Source: Yuukianura sp. NJ FZ-2021
Lineage: Eukaryota
DNA length: 64,000 nt
Assembly: GCA_046563655.1 (NCBI GenBank)
Contig: CM102289.1
Location: 2,294,001 to 2,358,000, forward strand
Reading direction: 5' to 3'
The notes under the pieces are model-generated. The model made no database searches and was not told the origin of the DNA. It worked only from the letters and a program-made list of their open reading frames with translations. Both the position numbers and the translations under genes were made by a program. Of the stretch, positions 12,531 to 26,188 are shown one piece after another; position 1 is the first letter of the stretch; the number at the start of each line of letters is the position of its first letter.

Positions 12531-12843
12531 TTTCATTTGGTAGTTACAGATGTTCTTCTATGAAATTATTGTGAATTGGCAAGAATTCCTACCGTCCTTT
12601 TCTTTTTCCTTCCAAATTTAGATGGGAAACCAAACGAAACTTTCGAGTTTTTGTTTTACAAAAGTATACCATTTTAAGAAAATGCTTTTCTGAATTACAT
12701 GTATGCTGTTTCAGCTACTGACTAAATTGCAGTTTATTTGTGTCATAGTCAATGCCACAACGTTTTGTAAAGGCAAATTATGTGAACAGCGGATTTATAC
12801 GTCAACTATCCGTTCAAAAAATTTGAGCAACAGTTGTAGAGCA

Positions 12844-13628
12844 ATGGCATCCGTGGTTGGATACGTTTTAGTGGTCTTTGGTCTCATAATGCTGTGCAAT
12901 TCCATGTTGATGAAATTTGCAATGCCACTGCTCATTCGCTCTACAATGCCAATGGTAATACCTTTTACTCATAATATTCTATCCAGTTTTTTAATTTAAA
13001 AATTTCAATTTTTGGTCTCATTTTTTATGCAGGGCTTGAAGTTGATGCCGATGGAACAAGACTTTCACGTGTGGATTGAAATTCCATTTCCCGTGGCTCT
13101 TGTGATCCGATTCAAATCAGTTTCATATCTCCCGCCCGAGGTTAAAAAAACAAATTAAAACAAATTTGGCCCTGAATTTGAAAATATATGTAAACTTATT
13201 TTGTTTCTTACATTGTAATTTTATAGGGAGATATCATTGGGGGTGGGATACTGGGACTGGAAATAGATCTTACTAAATGGGAAGAGGATCTAGAAGCTGC
13301 TGAGCCGCTTCAGCTTAGAGAAACTGTGTATATTCAGGAGGTGGATGTTCAAAAATTTATAAATTTTCAATCGCTTCAGAGAAATAATTTTTGAAAAAAA
13401 AAACCGTTTTCATGAAACATGGAAATTTCAATTTGACATAGGTATCACGAATATTTTGTTTGTTCTGAAATTTAGACTTCTGCAATTGACGAAATCCAGC
13501 ACTACAAAGTTGTTCTTGGTCACTATGGCTGGAGTGCTTGGAAATTGGTGTCATTCATTGTGTTCCTTCTTGGTATCACAGGAATTGGCGTAGGTTGTGG
13601 ATCTGCCTGGAAATTTAGAACAAAGTAA
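12844..13628 (+). CDS. 161-aa two-TM mini-CD36/SNMP-like protein (copy 2)
   Basis: Exons 12844-12954, 13033-13140, 13227-13340 and 13476-13628. Same exon lengths as copy 1, intact frame, diverged introns. Confidence 0.75.
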
Positions 13629-14293
13629 ACAGATAATAGAAAAAATAAGTGAAACCACTCAAATACATGAATTTAGATAGAGGGACCCATCTCTATGTCT
13701 CAAAAATCGGGGATGCAGAGAATTGAAAAAAAAGTCAGTCTCTTTTAGCGGTTTTGTGTAAGTTTTTCTTCAACACATTTGAAGCCAAGAAATGTTGTAT
13801 TTTATTTTAAAAAATTAAAAGAAAAAATTAAATGTATAATCGGTGGGCTAAGCTTTTAACCTTACGTCTCACGGAGCAGAGTCAGGAGCTAAGTCATAAG
13901 AACCTTATTTAGCCACTTATGTCGGCATTTACGAAATGCCGTGCATACGTTTAAGGTGGAATGGAATTGGAAGAGACGCCCGTGTCATTATTGCCCGTTC
14001 TTTTTCTAATATATTTTCGTTTAAAGTTTAGAGAGTTTTTTTGGTGAGTTTTTAGATATTAATGTAATTCCATGTGAGTGCCCTCCTTTTCAAAAAAAAA
14101 TTACTAAATTCGGGCATAAAAATTCTTTCATAAACTGGGGTTGCGATAAGAGAAATGTAATTTTTAAAATCCTTGGAACCCTGGTCAGAAGTAAACTACA
14201 ACTGCTAATGTGAAGGTCAAGTACTTTCGGTATTTTGAATTTCCATTTTCTCCCAAAAGGTTTAAAATAAAATTCAAATTTAAGTGCTCGACT

Positions 14294-15554
14294 ATGCTGT
14301 CGGCAAAGGGAATGAAATATTTACTGCTAGCAATAGATGGGACTCACAAGACTTACCAGAATCCGGTTTTTTGAAACCACGTAAAAAAGAAGTTTGACCT
14401 CGACACTTCAAAGTGTTATTTTTGTTGCAATTTTGTTATACTCTTGATGAACGTTTTAAATGTTCTTTCTTTCCTGCTGCTAACAATTTGCAACTATGCA
14501 TTTAGCCTGGACATGACCTTTACGCTGGAACTTCTAGCAGTTGCGTTGATGTCGGTATATTGCGTTTGTCTGGACGTAGAAGCTCTCTACAATCCTAAAT
14601 GCCTTCAACAACTGCTCAACTTTTTGTTGGACAACAACAGAGTGAAGAACGGTACTTGAAAACTTTCAAAAAGTTAAAAATATCTTAATAAATATCAAAA
14701 TATCTTACAGCCTGACTTTTCAAAAAGAAATTTTTTAATCATTTTTATTTTTAGAAAACCCACTCTATATTCCCGAAAATTTGATGATTACGAGCAACAT
14801 GTTTATGAAACCGTTGTATTGGGCAGTGCGTCTTGCTGGTATATGGGTGGCTATTTTTGGACCAATTTTGTACTACAGTGATTTGCATATCCACTATCAA
14901 AAAATGTACGCATGCGCTTTCTTAGGAGCGTCAACCACAGAACTCAATCTAGTTGAAAAATGTTCTACCGCCGTAATGGCAATATTGTGGCTTACATACG
15001 CCATTGGGCTCCTATACCTCAATATTTGTAAACTTGCGAGATGTGCATTGTGTGCACTTCCAATCAATGAAACCATCAACATATGGCTACTCAAGTTTCA
15101 AAACGACATTGCCTACGCGCATGTGCAGAAACTAATTACCAACTATCGAGCAATGTACGTCTATGCGGGAGTGAAGAGTGACTATTCCAGAATGACATTG
15201 GCATCATACACTTTTGTGGCAACTTGTACTTGTACTGTTAGCTACACTACGTGCCTCGTGCTAGGCATTTCCGTGATGTCGCTAGTCAACTTATTTGCTG
15301 CGACGTTACTTTTCGTTTACTTGAATATGGTGTTAGCCACTGCAGCAACAATGCATAGCATGTCACAACGCTACATCGCAAGACTTCGCCAACTTCAACA
15401 AAACGCATGTGCAAGGTCAAGGTTGGAAATTGCGTCATTGCGTTCCTGCCGTACACATTGTGGCATGCTCAACTACGTTGATCGGCAGATGCTAGTTAAC
15501 GTTGATAACGCTGTCATTGAGTACACAGTAACTCTCCTTCTTGCTCTTCAGTAA
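14294..15554 (+). pseudogene. GR-like 7TM chemoreceptor (subfamily B) with in-frame TGA at codon 27
   Basis: ATG 14294; TYQNPVF* (TGA 14372-14374) aligns with TYQSPLLW/IYQSPLVW of the paralogs at 33 and 41 kb. Intron ~14652-14754; C-terminus CGMLNYVDRQMLVNV is shared with the paralogs. Confidence 0.7.
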
Positions 15555-16256
15555 AAATGAAATCGGCATTATAGAGTTTAAGTCATGGCTGCGTGTTTGG
15601 TGCAACGCCCTTGATCTTTTTTTTATTGAACTTTGGTAAAACCCGAACCAAGACATGGTTTTAAAAAAATGGAATTTTCCACGGTTTTGCACTGAAAACT
15701 GATGAATGCTTTTAAAATAATTACCAAGTCCATTAAAAACAGAATTGCGTTATACATATTTGATGGCTGGACCTCCCGCCGACATGGCCACTATTGAATA
15801 ATTCTAGTTAATTCTTTAGAAGTGCAAAAATACAAAATAAGCAATAAGAAAAGAAATTGGTATTTCGGCTGGTTCATTGTTTGCACACAATACCTAGTTT
15901 TGACCTGGTCATTTTTCGAGTATTTTTCAAAAAAAAATACAATTTTGACCATTTTCTTCTACGACACACTTGTATTAGGTACTAAGTTGGTTGAAATGCG
16001 GCGTTTAAAACGATTTGAACAAGGCTTTAGTAAAAAGGTGTTTGTCTTTTTTATTTAGTTTTCAATGTGCCTTGAAATTTGTGTAAACAACTAACTAATA
16101 AAAAAATTAACATAAAACTCACTCCGCAGTTTTACATTTAAAAAACTGAAATTGACTGCTCTTAAACGAAGCACATTTCTAAAGACTTTAATAGACCTTC
16201 ATAGACTTTAAGAAAAATACATTTTCAAAATTTTGTTCTCTCTTATTTTTATTAGA

Positions 16257-17732
16257 ATGGGCACTGCAATCTTAGAAGCTACTCTGGTCAAACTTGTTGC
16301 ATATTTTGGTTCCGCCGCCGGGATTTTCCCAGTTTCAAATATTGGAGCGTCCGAATTTACGTTAAGTTGGAGCAGTGTGCACGGCGTGTTTGCAATTCTC
16401 TTGCTTTGTATTCGTTTCATATGGGCGCCAGTAGCTGTTCCATTTGCAGTTTGTCTAATCAAAACGAGAATTGCTACAGATCATATTTTGAGTGATCTCG
16501 AGATTGTACTGCTTCGAATTTTAATTTCCAGTACTTGTGTTTACCAACTTAGCATCACAGTTGCTTACTTTTACTCGTTGCCGCGTGTTTTGAAACTTTT
16601 TATAGCAATTTCAGATTGCTCAAAAAGTAGTGGACTTCGAACCAATTATACAGTAAAAAGCATAATTTCTTCAGGCCGCAACTTACTTTGTTTTCTTCTA
16701 GAGACTTTGATTACATTATATTTTGTAACTTTCCGAATCGAAAAACTTGCAACAGCAACAGGTTTACCTTACTTTGAAATTTATGGTTTACGACTTCCAC
16801 TGAAAATGATGAAATTTGGGTATCTGACTGCTATAATTTTAATGGAAGTAGTAAACGTGTTTGTTGTAATTATGATTACCATGGTTACGCTAATAATTGA
16901 ACAGCGCTTACTTTGTGTTGAGAAACTTCTCCTTCCAGAGGTTGAAGCCACTGCAATTCAAAAACATTTGAAAGGCAAATTTTGGCAGAAAAAGTATTTT
17001 GCCACAAATTTTAATGCTGGGGCAGCGGAAATGTTTGGTGTGAAAGAAATTTTTGAAAAATTTAGGCACTGTGTCCAGCTTTTCTTCTGTATCCACCTTT
17101 GTTATAACACAGTCAATCTTACAGTTGCTGCTTTTCATGTTTGTACCACCATAAGCACATCGTTGACAAAATACCCAATGTTTACTTTAAGTGGGCTTAC
17201 AAGCTGCATCAACTACGTTATAAAACTTGCTTGGCTAACAAACTGTGGAGAACGCCTTTCAGAACGAGTAAGAAAATTTTTAGCTTAACAACAATTTTAA
17301 ATAAGTACGAATATATTTTTTGAAATAAATTACTAATTAAGGTTGTGCAATGTTTTAATTAAAGAGTGCTTCATTGGTGGAAAAACTTGCAACAATCCCG
17401 CCAATGATGGTGTCGGACCGGGAAGGACTGTCGTACATACAAGGTTTGGCAAAGAATCAAAAATTTGAATTGTCAATATTTGGTTACTTTAAAATTCGCC
17501 GGGCTTTACTTGCATCTGTAAGTTAAAATTTCAAAACAAATTCTATTGAATTCAAGTTTTATATTATAATGTGCGAAAAACTTAGTGAAAGTTAACGCTG
17601 TTTTTCTGAAATTGTTTTCAGATTTTGGGCGTTGTTGTAACGTACAGCGTGGTGCTTGTTCAGTTTCAACAGCCGCAGGCGGCGACAAACAGTATGGATT
17701 CAACAACACAATCACCCCACAGTTTTAATTAG
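16257..17732 (+). CDS. Gustatory receptor (7tm_7 family), 3 exons
   Basis: Spliced C-terminus ELSIFGYFKIRRALLAS|ILGVVVTYSVVLVQF contains the canonical GR TYxxxxxQF motif. Exons ~16257-17267, 17365-17517 and 17622-17732. Confidence 0.85.
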
Positions 17733-17959
17733 TTGTACCATTGGCGCGATTAGAGGCAAGATTAGTACTGGAACTTCATGCTTTTTATGTTTTATATTAT
17801 ATTTATTAATAAATTTGACACCTTGGATAAATTATGAATTTTTGTCGAAAGTCTCTTATTCCAACTCGTTTTTCAAAACATTCCAATTCACTAGTGAAGA
17901 TTTTATTTTCTTTTTCACCTTCATCTGTCTTTTTTATTTCAAAGAGAACAAGATTTTTG

Positions 17960-18653
17960 GGTTAGATTATCGTTGTTGGGGTAGTTCAAATTTTTTCTAA
18001 GTTTTTTGGTCAAAATTTTCGAAATTTTTTTTTTCGTTTTTTTCACTTTTTATCACTTTTCAAACGTTTTTGGAACGTTTGGAGCAAAAAAATTTTTTTG
18101 ACCTCAAGGGTCCCCCCTTCCCATTTTTTTTCAAAATCTTGACTCAAAATTTTTCCAAGTCCAAGAGGTCAAGTTGGTACCCCTGACGACCTTAAAAACG
18201 ACCCCTATGAAAGTTGTTCAGAATCATAAGGGGAGTATTTTTTGTCCTATGGACTATGCCCCTACGATCACTCCCTGAGGTCAGAGGTCAACCCGAAGAA
18301 AAAGTGTGGGAAATGTTTGGGATGACCTCTGACCTCAGGGAGTGACCGTAGGGTCATAGTCCATAGGACAAAAAATACTCCTCTCATGATTCTGAACAAC
18401 TTTCATAGGGGTCATTTTTGAGGTTGTCAGGGGTGACCACTTCAGTTTTTGTACTTAGAAAATTTTCGAGTCCCGATTCTCAAAAAAATGGGAAGGGGGG
18501 ACCCTAGGGGTCAAAAAAATTTTTTTGCTCCAAACGTTCCAAAAACGTTTGAAAAGTGATAAAAAGTGAAAAAAACGGAAAAAAATTTTTTCGAAAATTT
18601 TGACCAAGAAACTTAGAAAAAATTTGAACTACCCCAACAACGATAATCTAACC
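17960..18653. mobile_element. ~690-bp palindromic (hairpin) MITE with 8-bp TSD
   Basis: Arms of ~330 bp, GGTTAGATTATCGTTGTTGGGGTAG.../...CTACCCCAACAACGATAATCTAACC; TSD GATTTTTG on both sides; empty site in the paralog 3' flank at ~20710. Confidence 0.9.
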
Positions 18654-18672
18654 GATTTTTGATTCTTGCAAC

Positions 18673-19916
18673 TTAAAAATTAATTAACAGAAACACTATT
18701 CCATTTACTACAAAGTCCGCCATTCTGAGTTGGGTTTTTTTCTGCATGGAATAAAACGAACCAATCCTGAATCGCAGAGGGATCAGTGTATTTATGCTTC
18801 TGCGCAGAACAATTCTTTCTCTATGGCTTGTATATAACAGTCCATTGCTCATATTCACGCGAAACAAGTTAGAGTAGTCGCAGATTCTGGACATGGCAAT
18901 GGCTGCAGCTGGAATGATTATGAGTGCCCCAGCAGCATTTAGAATCCAAGCTACGCAGAGAAAGGGGCCCAAAGTCCATGTGAATCTGACTCCGCCGTAG
19001 ACTATGATTACTACGTTTAGTAGCAGAATTAGTTTTATTGCGGGACCAGCACCGCGCCCTATTGATACATTCACAACTTCCGTCAAAACGGTCATCATGC
19101 GATAAATTCGAATTGAAACTGGTTGCCATTTCCTCCGTTTCGGTGTAATAAACTGATCTCTGAATTCAAAATAAAGTGTTTAACAAATATTAATAACCAT
19201 AATTATGAGTGAATAAGGAGCAATGCTTTTTACATAGCCAGTTTTAGCCAGAAAGGAATCACGAACAGTGACATAGATGCCCAAAGGGTGAGCTGAATAT
19301 CATGAGTACCTAAGATCATGAATGCAGGAATGATGAAACAGTACGGAATTGCAACGGCTGGCGTCAAAATTAACGTGTCCAGAATAACATAAAGTGAAAC
19401 CAACGCCAACGTCGGAGCAGAGATGTATACGGCGTAAGTTACCATTATAAAAAGGTTTTCTTGAAATTTTACACCTTTCCGCATGTGTATTGCTAAAATT
19501 TCATTTTCAGATTTTTCATTTCTCAAATTTTTTTACAATTCGAAATTTATAGAACACTTACGATTGATTTTGTGGAGATAGAATAAGTTGTTGATTGTAT
19601 TAGCGATTTCGTGCGAATGTAAAACTAAGTTGATTCTAGACACCAAGACTCCTAGTGTAATAAGCAATAAGGATAGCCAGCCTAAAATTTGTTTGAGCGC
19701 ATGCGTTGTCGGTAGTCGAATTTCCCGAATAACTACAATGTAGTGAAAAGCTGCTAAGAAAAATTCTGCAAGGGCAATGACCTTTGACCTCCTTAATAGT
19801 TCATCAGTTGTTTGCAACGTCTTGTCCTTTTTATTGTACAAAAATGGAGCCAGTTTCAATTTTGAATTTGTTCTTAGCAGGAACTGTATCACATCTACTT
19901 GCAATTTCGTCAACAT
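18673..19916 (-). CDS. GR-like 7TM chemoreceptor, subfamily A copy 2
   Basis: ORFs 19533-19916, 19230-19526 and 18673-19098 are colinear with the 9224-10832 gene; same intron positions. Confidence 0.7.
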
Positions 19917-20733
19917 TTTCCACAGTGAATTTTGCTTTTCGTTGGAAGCAAAGTATTGAATCGTTGCTTTTACTGGAGTGCCAACTTTGCTTTTTCACTG
20001 AAAGTTCTAAAGGAACAACAAATTCTAAATGTAATGCTTTTAGCTAAAAAAACAACTGCTGATTTGATCGAAAACTTTTGATACAAGAAAGGCGTAAAAG
20101 CAACCACTTTATGCTTACCGACCCTTGCAGTTAAATTGTGGAAAATAGTCAAGAACAAAATGACACAAATTTTATGTACTAAAAATGTTTGAACAGAGTT
20201 TTGATGAAAGGTTTCCATAAATTTATCTAACAAGATCTAACATTATAAAAAATTTCTTGGTTACGTTCCACTGCATTTCGTTTCCACTGTTTCCATTTTC
20301 TAGGGTTGATGTCTATGTCAACATACATGGTATAAATCGACTCCAGGAAAAACATGTTTTCAATCCATCAATCAATCGGTATATTTGCTTTGGCTTTTTC
20401 CCATATCAATTACAGTTCCTGCAGTGTGTTGAAATTAATGAAGTAAATATTAGTAACCCTAATTGACTTTCTTATTAACTTTTATTTTCCGGTTTATAAC
20501 ACTTCTTACTAGCAAAGTTCATAGTTGCGAATCCAGTGTCATTCCTACTTCAGCTATTTTTGTGGCCAAACGATTGCATGCATACATGATTTTGTACACT
20601 CGCAACTCAACCCATATTAGACTTTGTGAATAAACAACGCGTCTTTTTAGACTAAGCATTTTTTTTCACCTACGTCTGTTTTTTTATTTAAAAGAAGAAA
20701 TACAAGAGCAACAAGATTTTTCAGTCTTGGAAC

Positions 20734-22011
20734 TTAAAAATTGATCAGCAGAAATGCTATTCCATTTACAAGAAAGTCCGCCATTTTGAGTTGCGTTTTT
20801 TTCTCCAAGGAATAAAATGAACCAATCCTAAAACGCAAGGGTAACAGCGTCTTTATGCTTCTGCGCAGAACAATTCTTTCTCCGTGACTTGTATACAAGA
20901 GTTTTTTGTGAATATTTGTGCAAAACAGGTTAGAGTAGTAGAATATGCTGGACATGGTAATGGTTCCAGCTGGAACGACTGCGAGTGCTACAGCAGCATC
21001 CAGAATCCAAGCTGCGCAAAGGAAGAGGCCCATAGTTTTTACGAATCTAATTCCGGTGTAGAATAGAATCACCACATTTAGTAGGAGAATCAGTTTTATC
21101 GCAGGACCAGCACCGAGCCCTAGTGATACATTGACAACTTCCGTCAGAATGGTCATCATGCGATAAATTCGAATTGAAACCGATTGCCATTTCCCCCGAG
21201 TTGGTAAAATAAACTGGTTCCTGCATTAAAAATATGTATTAATATAGTATATTAATAACCATAATTATGAAGGGAAAAAAGAACCGTTGTTTACATTGCC
21301 AGGTTTAGCCAGAACGGAATCACGAACAGTGACATACATGCCCAAAAGTGGAGATGCATATCATGAATACCTGCAATCATCAATGCAGGGAAGATGAAAC
21401 AGTAGGCAACTGCAAGGATTGGCGTCGAAATTAACGTGTCCAGAATAACGTACAGAGAAACCAACACCACCGTCGGGACGGCAACGTATCCGACGTAAAT
21501 TAGCATCATAAAAAGATTTTCTTGAAATTTTACATCTTTGCGCATTCGTGTTGCTAAAATTTTATGTTCAGATTGTTATTCATTTATGAAGTTTCTTTGT
21601 AATTCAAAATTAAGATACAAGTGCTGTGTGCTGAACTTGACTTTTTCCGGAACACTTACGGATGATTTTATTGAGGTAGAGCAAATTGTTGATATTATTA
21701 GCAATTTCCTGTGGATGTAAAATTAAGTTGAATCTAAGTACAACTTCGAGTGTAATAGGCAACAAGGATAACCAGCCTAAAATTTGTTTGAGGGCGGGGG
21801 TTGTCGGTAATTGAATTTCATGAATAGCTACACAGTAGTGAAAAAATACAAGGAAGAATTCTGCAAAGGCAATGAGCTTTGACCTCCTTATCAGTTGCTC
21901 AGTTGTTTGTAATGTACCGTCTGTTTCATTATACAAAAACGGAGCCATTTTCAATTTTGAATTTGTTCTTAACAGGAAATGAATCAACACCACTTGCAAT
22001 TTTGTCAGCAT
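20734..22011 (-). CDS. GR-like 7TM chemoreceptor, subfamily A copy 3
   Basis: Same three-exon structure; C-terminus LRFRIGSFYSLEKKTQLKMADFLVNGIAFLLINF. Confidence 0.7.
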
Positions 22012-22765
22012 TTTCTATATTGCTGATTTTTGTGGCTAAAAGCAATATTGAGTAGATTCCTCGAGTACCAACTTCGTTTTTTCACTAAAAGTTATAAAAA
22101 AACAACTAAATGTAATGGTTTTAGGTAAAAAAAAACTGCTGCTTGTATGTAAAAACTGTTGATACGAAAAGACGTAAAAGGTACCACTGTTTGCTCGTTG
22201 CTCCTTGAAGTTGAAAATCGTCAACACATATTTTATGTAATAACAATGTTTGAACATAATTTTGATAAAAGCCTACAATACTCAAAATTTATCTAACAAG
22301 AAATTTTCTGCCATCATGAAAAATTTCTTGTTTACCTTCCACCATACTGTAACTATTTCCATTTTTGGGGGTTTTTGTCTTTTTAGACGAACATGGAATA
22401 AAGAAAACTTTATGAAAAACATGTTTTGAAAACTAAATTCCAACAATTTGCATTTTTAAAAGAAAAAGGCAGTATAGTTGCTTTAAAATTTATCCGTAAC
22501 TATACCTGTTGTAAATTAGTGTAAAATTTTGAAATGTAAACATTGGCATCTTTTATAGTGAATTTGAACTTTTGTCTTCTATTGCACGCGGCGCACTTGC
22601 AACGCTTTATTCAATTGTGTTGGATGCAAAATTCTCAGTATAAGTTAATAAATTCAAAGCTCAGTTCCGGGTAGTTTGGTTGTGACTGCAAATTAATTCT
22701 TTCATATTTTTTCAAATTCAAACTCGGCCAGCCTCATTTCTGTTCCACAGCACAAAGTAGTAAAG

Positions 22766-23695
22766 ATGGATTACCTAAAAGTTTTCATTTTTGCCGCCAT
22801 TTTAACCAATATTCCAGGTTCTGAATCTAAAGATCCACGCTACAACGTTACGTCCCACAAGCTCGTCAAGGTTAACGAACATCAAAAAGACAAAAATGTT
22901 TTGGTTGTGAAAAAAATTGACATTTCATCTTCGTCGGCACGCAATAAAGTTGGTCAGCAGTCTAACCCCGCAAACAAAGAAAACGAACCTGAAGTCGTCG
23001 TTTTCGAGCAATCAATGAGCAGGTCATATGAGGAACAAAGCTGCCCCGAACCCCACCCACGACGGCTTGAAGAAAATGCAGATTTTGTAAGACATAAAAA
23101 ATGGAAATAACCAAATAACTTACAGAACAAATCGTGTTATTTCGCATAAATATGATTTTGTAAATTTTTTTGAAGGCTGAACAAATACTATCGCATGGAG
23201 TTTACGTTCCTTTTGCAAGTTCATTTTTCTACAACAAGTTGTCATACCTTCTTACCGGAAGAGCTTTCGATGAGAATCCAAACGACGCCTGCATTCGAAT
23301 TAATGTTGGCAAAAACGAACGGCGGTACAACGGTTTTGGAAAAACTGCGGTCCTATCATGTGTCGGAGGAGCTTTGGATTCTAACTGCACATGCCCTATG
23401 ACAGACAAAAGTAAAATTCGTACATAAAAATTTACACGTATTTTCGATTCTGTTTGAAATTTTGTTAAAAATATTTTTTTTAGGTATGAAAGTCCATGTT
23501 ACCGCGGTTTGGAGTGATGGTGCAAATGCGGTGCTCATGATTAGTTGTATGAATGACAGAGGTGGTTGGGCGGTGGCTTCAAAACGACGTTCATTGTACG
23601 ATGGAACAAAAGAAGAAATTCGCGGACAACTTGAATCGTTGGGTTTCGATCCGTCTGGTGGCTGGGAATCCTCTTACCAAAATTGTGCCGATTAA
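22766..23695 (+). CDS. Secreted lipocalin-like protein 1 (extended N-terminus), 3 exons
   Basis: Signal peptide; Cys pattern, WSDGANAVLMISC, GWAVASKR, LGFD and C-terminal Cys shared with the three neighbours. Confidence 0.6.
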
Positions 23696-24091
23696 AATTA
23701 AAGTCCCGGTTGAGTAAAATATTATGCTCGTTTTTTGAAAATTTTTAATTGCTCTGTGACAAATAAAAAGTGTTTAAAAAAAATTCAGGAATATGCTATT
23801 TAACAATGACAATGCAAACAATTTGGAGAAAGTTATGGTTTTGAAAACATTTCTAAATATAAGTATTGAATTGAATTGTGCACGTCATTGCTGTTGTTTT
23901 GATTCAATAAAACAATGCAAATTTTGAAAATGCTGAAATTTTTTCTAAGACCGTGTTTGTTACCTTGAATTTCAGTTAACAATTAAATTAGACAATAAAA
24001 TACACACAAGCAACTTTTCCCTCCGTCAGTCTTCCATTTTCAGCTGCTCTGTTCAACAGTAGTTCAAAATAATTTCAAAATTTTATTCTCC

Positions 24092-25017
24092 ATGGACAAG
24101 TTCTGCGCATGCCTTTGGATTTTACTATCCGTTGACCTTTGGCAAAATGTCTTACTCGATGTACCTAACGAAGGAAGCTGTTGGAAGCCTGACCCGCCAC
24201 CACAAATTCAATTCGACTATAACTGGGTGAGTTTTGAAAGTTATAAAGTTTAGAAACTGTGGAACTCAAAACTATGCATGTATTTTTTAAAAATTTGTTC
24301 ATTTTTGATTAAATAGATGTTTGAATTTATCGCCGAGGCAAAGTATACGCCGATGGCAAGTGAATTTTACTACTCCTTTTTATACTCACTTTTAACCGGG
24401 AAACCTGCCAATTCCGTGTCGGATTTTGAAAAAATGTGCCTCAACGTGGAAGCTGGCTTATTTTTACGTGGAACCGGTTTGGCGGGAAAACAATTTGAAA
24501 TGATGTGCGACATTTTGTCACTTTCTGCACTACAGTGCTCTTCCACTGACACAAAGAAAAGTAAATTCCACATTTTAAACTCATTCCAAATCCAATCACG
24601 AAAAATTATATCAGAATAATGTGCTTATAATGAATTTTCAGAATTTTCCGAAAAATGTTAAGAAAAATATTTATAATAATGTTTAAATATGACCATGCTT
24701 AGTCAAAATTTTTATACATACATGAATGGATACATACATTGTATTTAGTTTTATAAATTCATAATTTTATTTACTAATAATTTATTTTATTTTATCCACA
24801 AATTCTAGGCGGAATTACTTTGTACTTAACTTGGACCCATGACAAGAAGTACATTATGTTTGCCGCATGCGCTCCAGGAAACCTCAAGGCCTGGACACTC
24901 ATGTCATCTCAAAAAGTCGTTGATGAGGTCACCAAGGTCAAAGTCATTGAGCACATCAAGGGACTAGGATTTGACCCCGCAAAAGCCAGGACTATGAACT
25001 ACACAGGGTGCCCTTAA
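24092..25017 (+). CDS. Secreted lipocalin-like protein 2, 3 exons
   Basis: MDKFCACLWILLSV signal; WTHDKKYIMFAAC, AWTLMSS, LGFDP...YTGCP. Confidence 0.6.
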
Positions 25018-25369
25018 TGCTAAAGGTCAAAGGTTAACTTACACAAATCGCCAAAGTTAGTAGAAGTTAAGTTTTAATTTTATTGTTTCCAGGAAATGCA
25101 AAATATTGTAATTACGCAGAATTCAGGCCAAGCACAATTGCATATTTTTATATCAATTAAATAAGGAAGTAATTTTAATGCTTCTGTTGAAAACGTAGTT
25201 AAAAATAAAGCCAAGCATAAACTGATGTTAGTGCGCCCATCACTTGTCCAACCCCTCAGCATTCAAGCCAAATTTTTTGAAAGCTTAATTCAAAATAATT
25301 TTAAACTTAAATTTAAACCTGTTTTGAAATATATTTAAAACTTTTTCATCAAAAACTATATTTAAAACA

Positions 25370-26188
25370 ATGTCATCAAAAGTAACCTTGTTGACACTTT
25401 TTCTAAGTCTTTCACTAGGTTCCTGTTGGGGGGCCCTTGACTCGTCCAAGTACGAAGAAAAGGGATGCGCCGCTAGTGTTGCTGCTGCAGATCTAAAACA
25501 AGATTTTGTAACATTTTATACGTTTACTTATATTATGAGAATCTTATTGAAGAATCATAATTTATTATTTTATTAAAACAAAATTAGTTTAGAAATTTTG
25601 ATTTTTTTTAATTTCAGGTGAGTAAGACTGCAGCTTGGTACGTTCCAATGGCAAGTACATTTGTTTACCACACTTGGGTTGAAAGATTTACCAACAAATC
25701 AGCAACGCCTGCGGATCTTACAAATTTGTGCCTCAAATTCCTGTTTATGGCTTCAGCAAAATCAAACACATACATGATTGCGGCGGGAGGACTCAAAAAA
25801 GTGCTAACCTACGAATGCACTTCTCCCACACTTCAATCACAAAAGTGCAACGGGATTCCAGGAACCCCTGATTTCGTTGCCGGCAGTAACTGATTTTAAA
25901 CAATTTGAAATAAAATTTTGAAAATTTTAGGAAAATTTATTGAGTTTTTTGTGTTGAACAGTGGAATCTGATGAGGTGATTGTGAAAACGGACAATGCCA
26001 ACTACCTGCTCATGGTTCAGTGTATCAAGAACACTTTGAAAGGTTGGTACGTCATGACGCCGACTGATGCTGCGCCAAGTGATGCTGTCAAAAAAGACGT
26101 GCTTACAGCAGTCCTTGCATTGGGATTCAAAAAAGAACTCGCTTCCATGATTTCCTATGCGGCATGTCCAAAAGCAACACCAAAATAA
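25370..26188 (+). CDS. Secreted lipocalin-like protein 3, 3 exons
   Basis: Signal peptide; AAWYVP (SCR1-like), KTDNANYLLMVQC (SCR2 TDYxxY-like), GWYVMT (SCR3-like), LGF and C-terminal Cys. Confidence 0.65.

Noticed and set aside
11472..12563. Phe/Trp-rich ORFs (11472-11714, 11510-11818, 12253-12438, 12309-12563)
   Set aside because: Translations of the repeat modules of the foldback arms.
14372..14374. Alternative genetic code or selenocysteine at TGA
   Set aside because: Other genes in the window end in TGA and use TGG for Trp; no SECIS was recognised.
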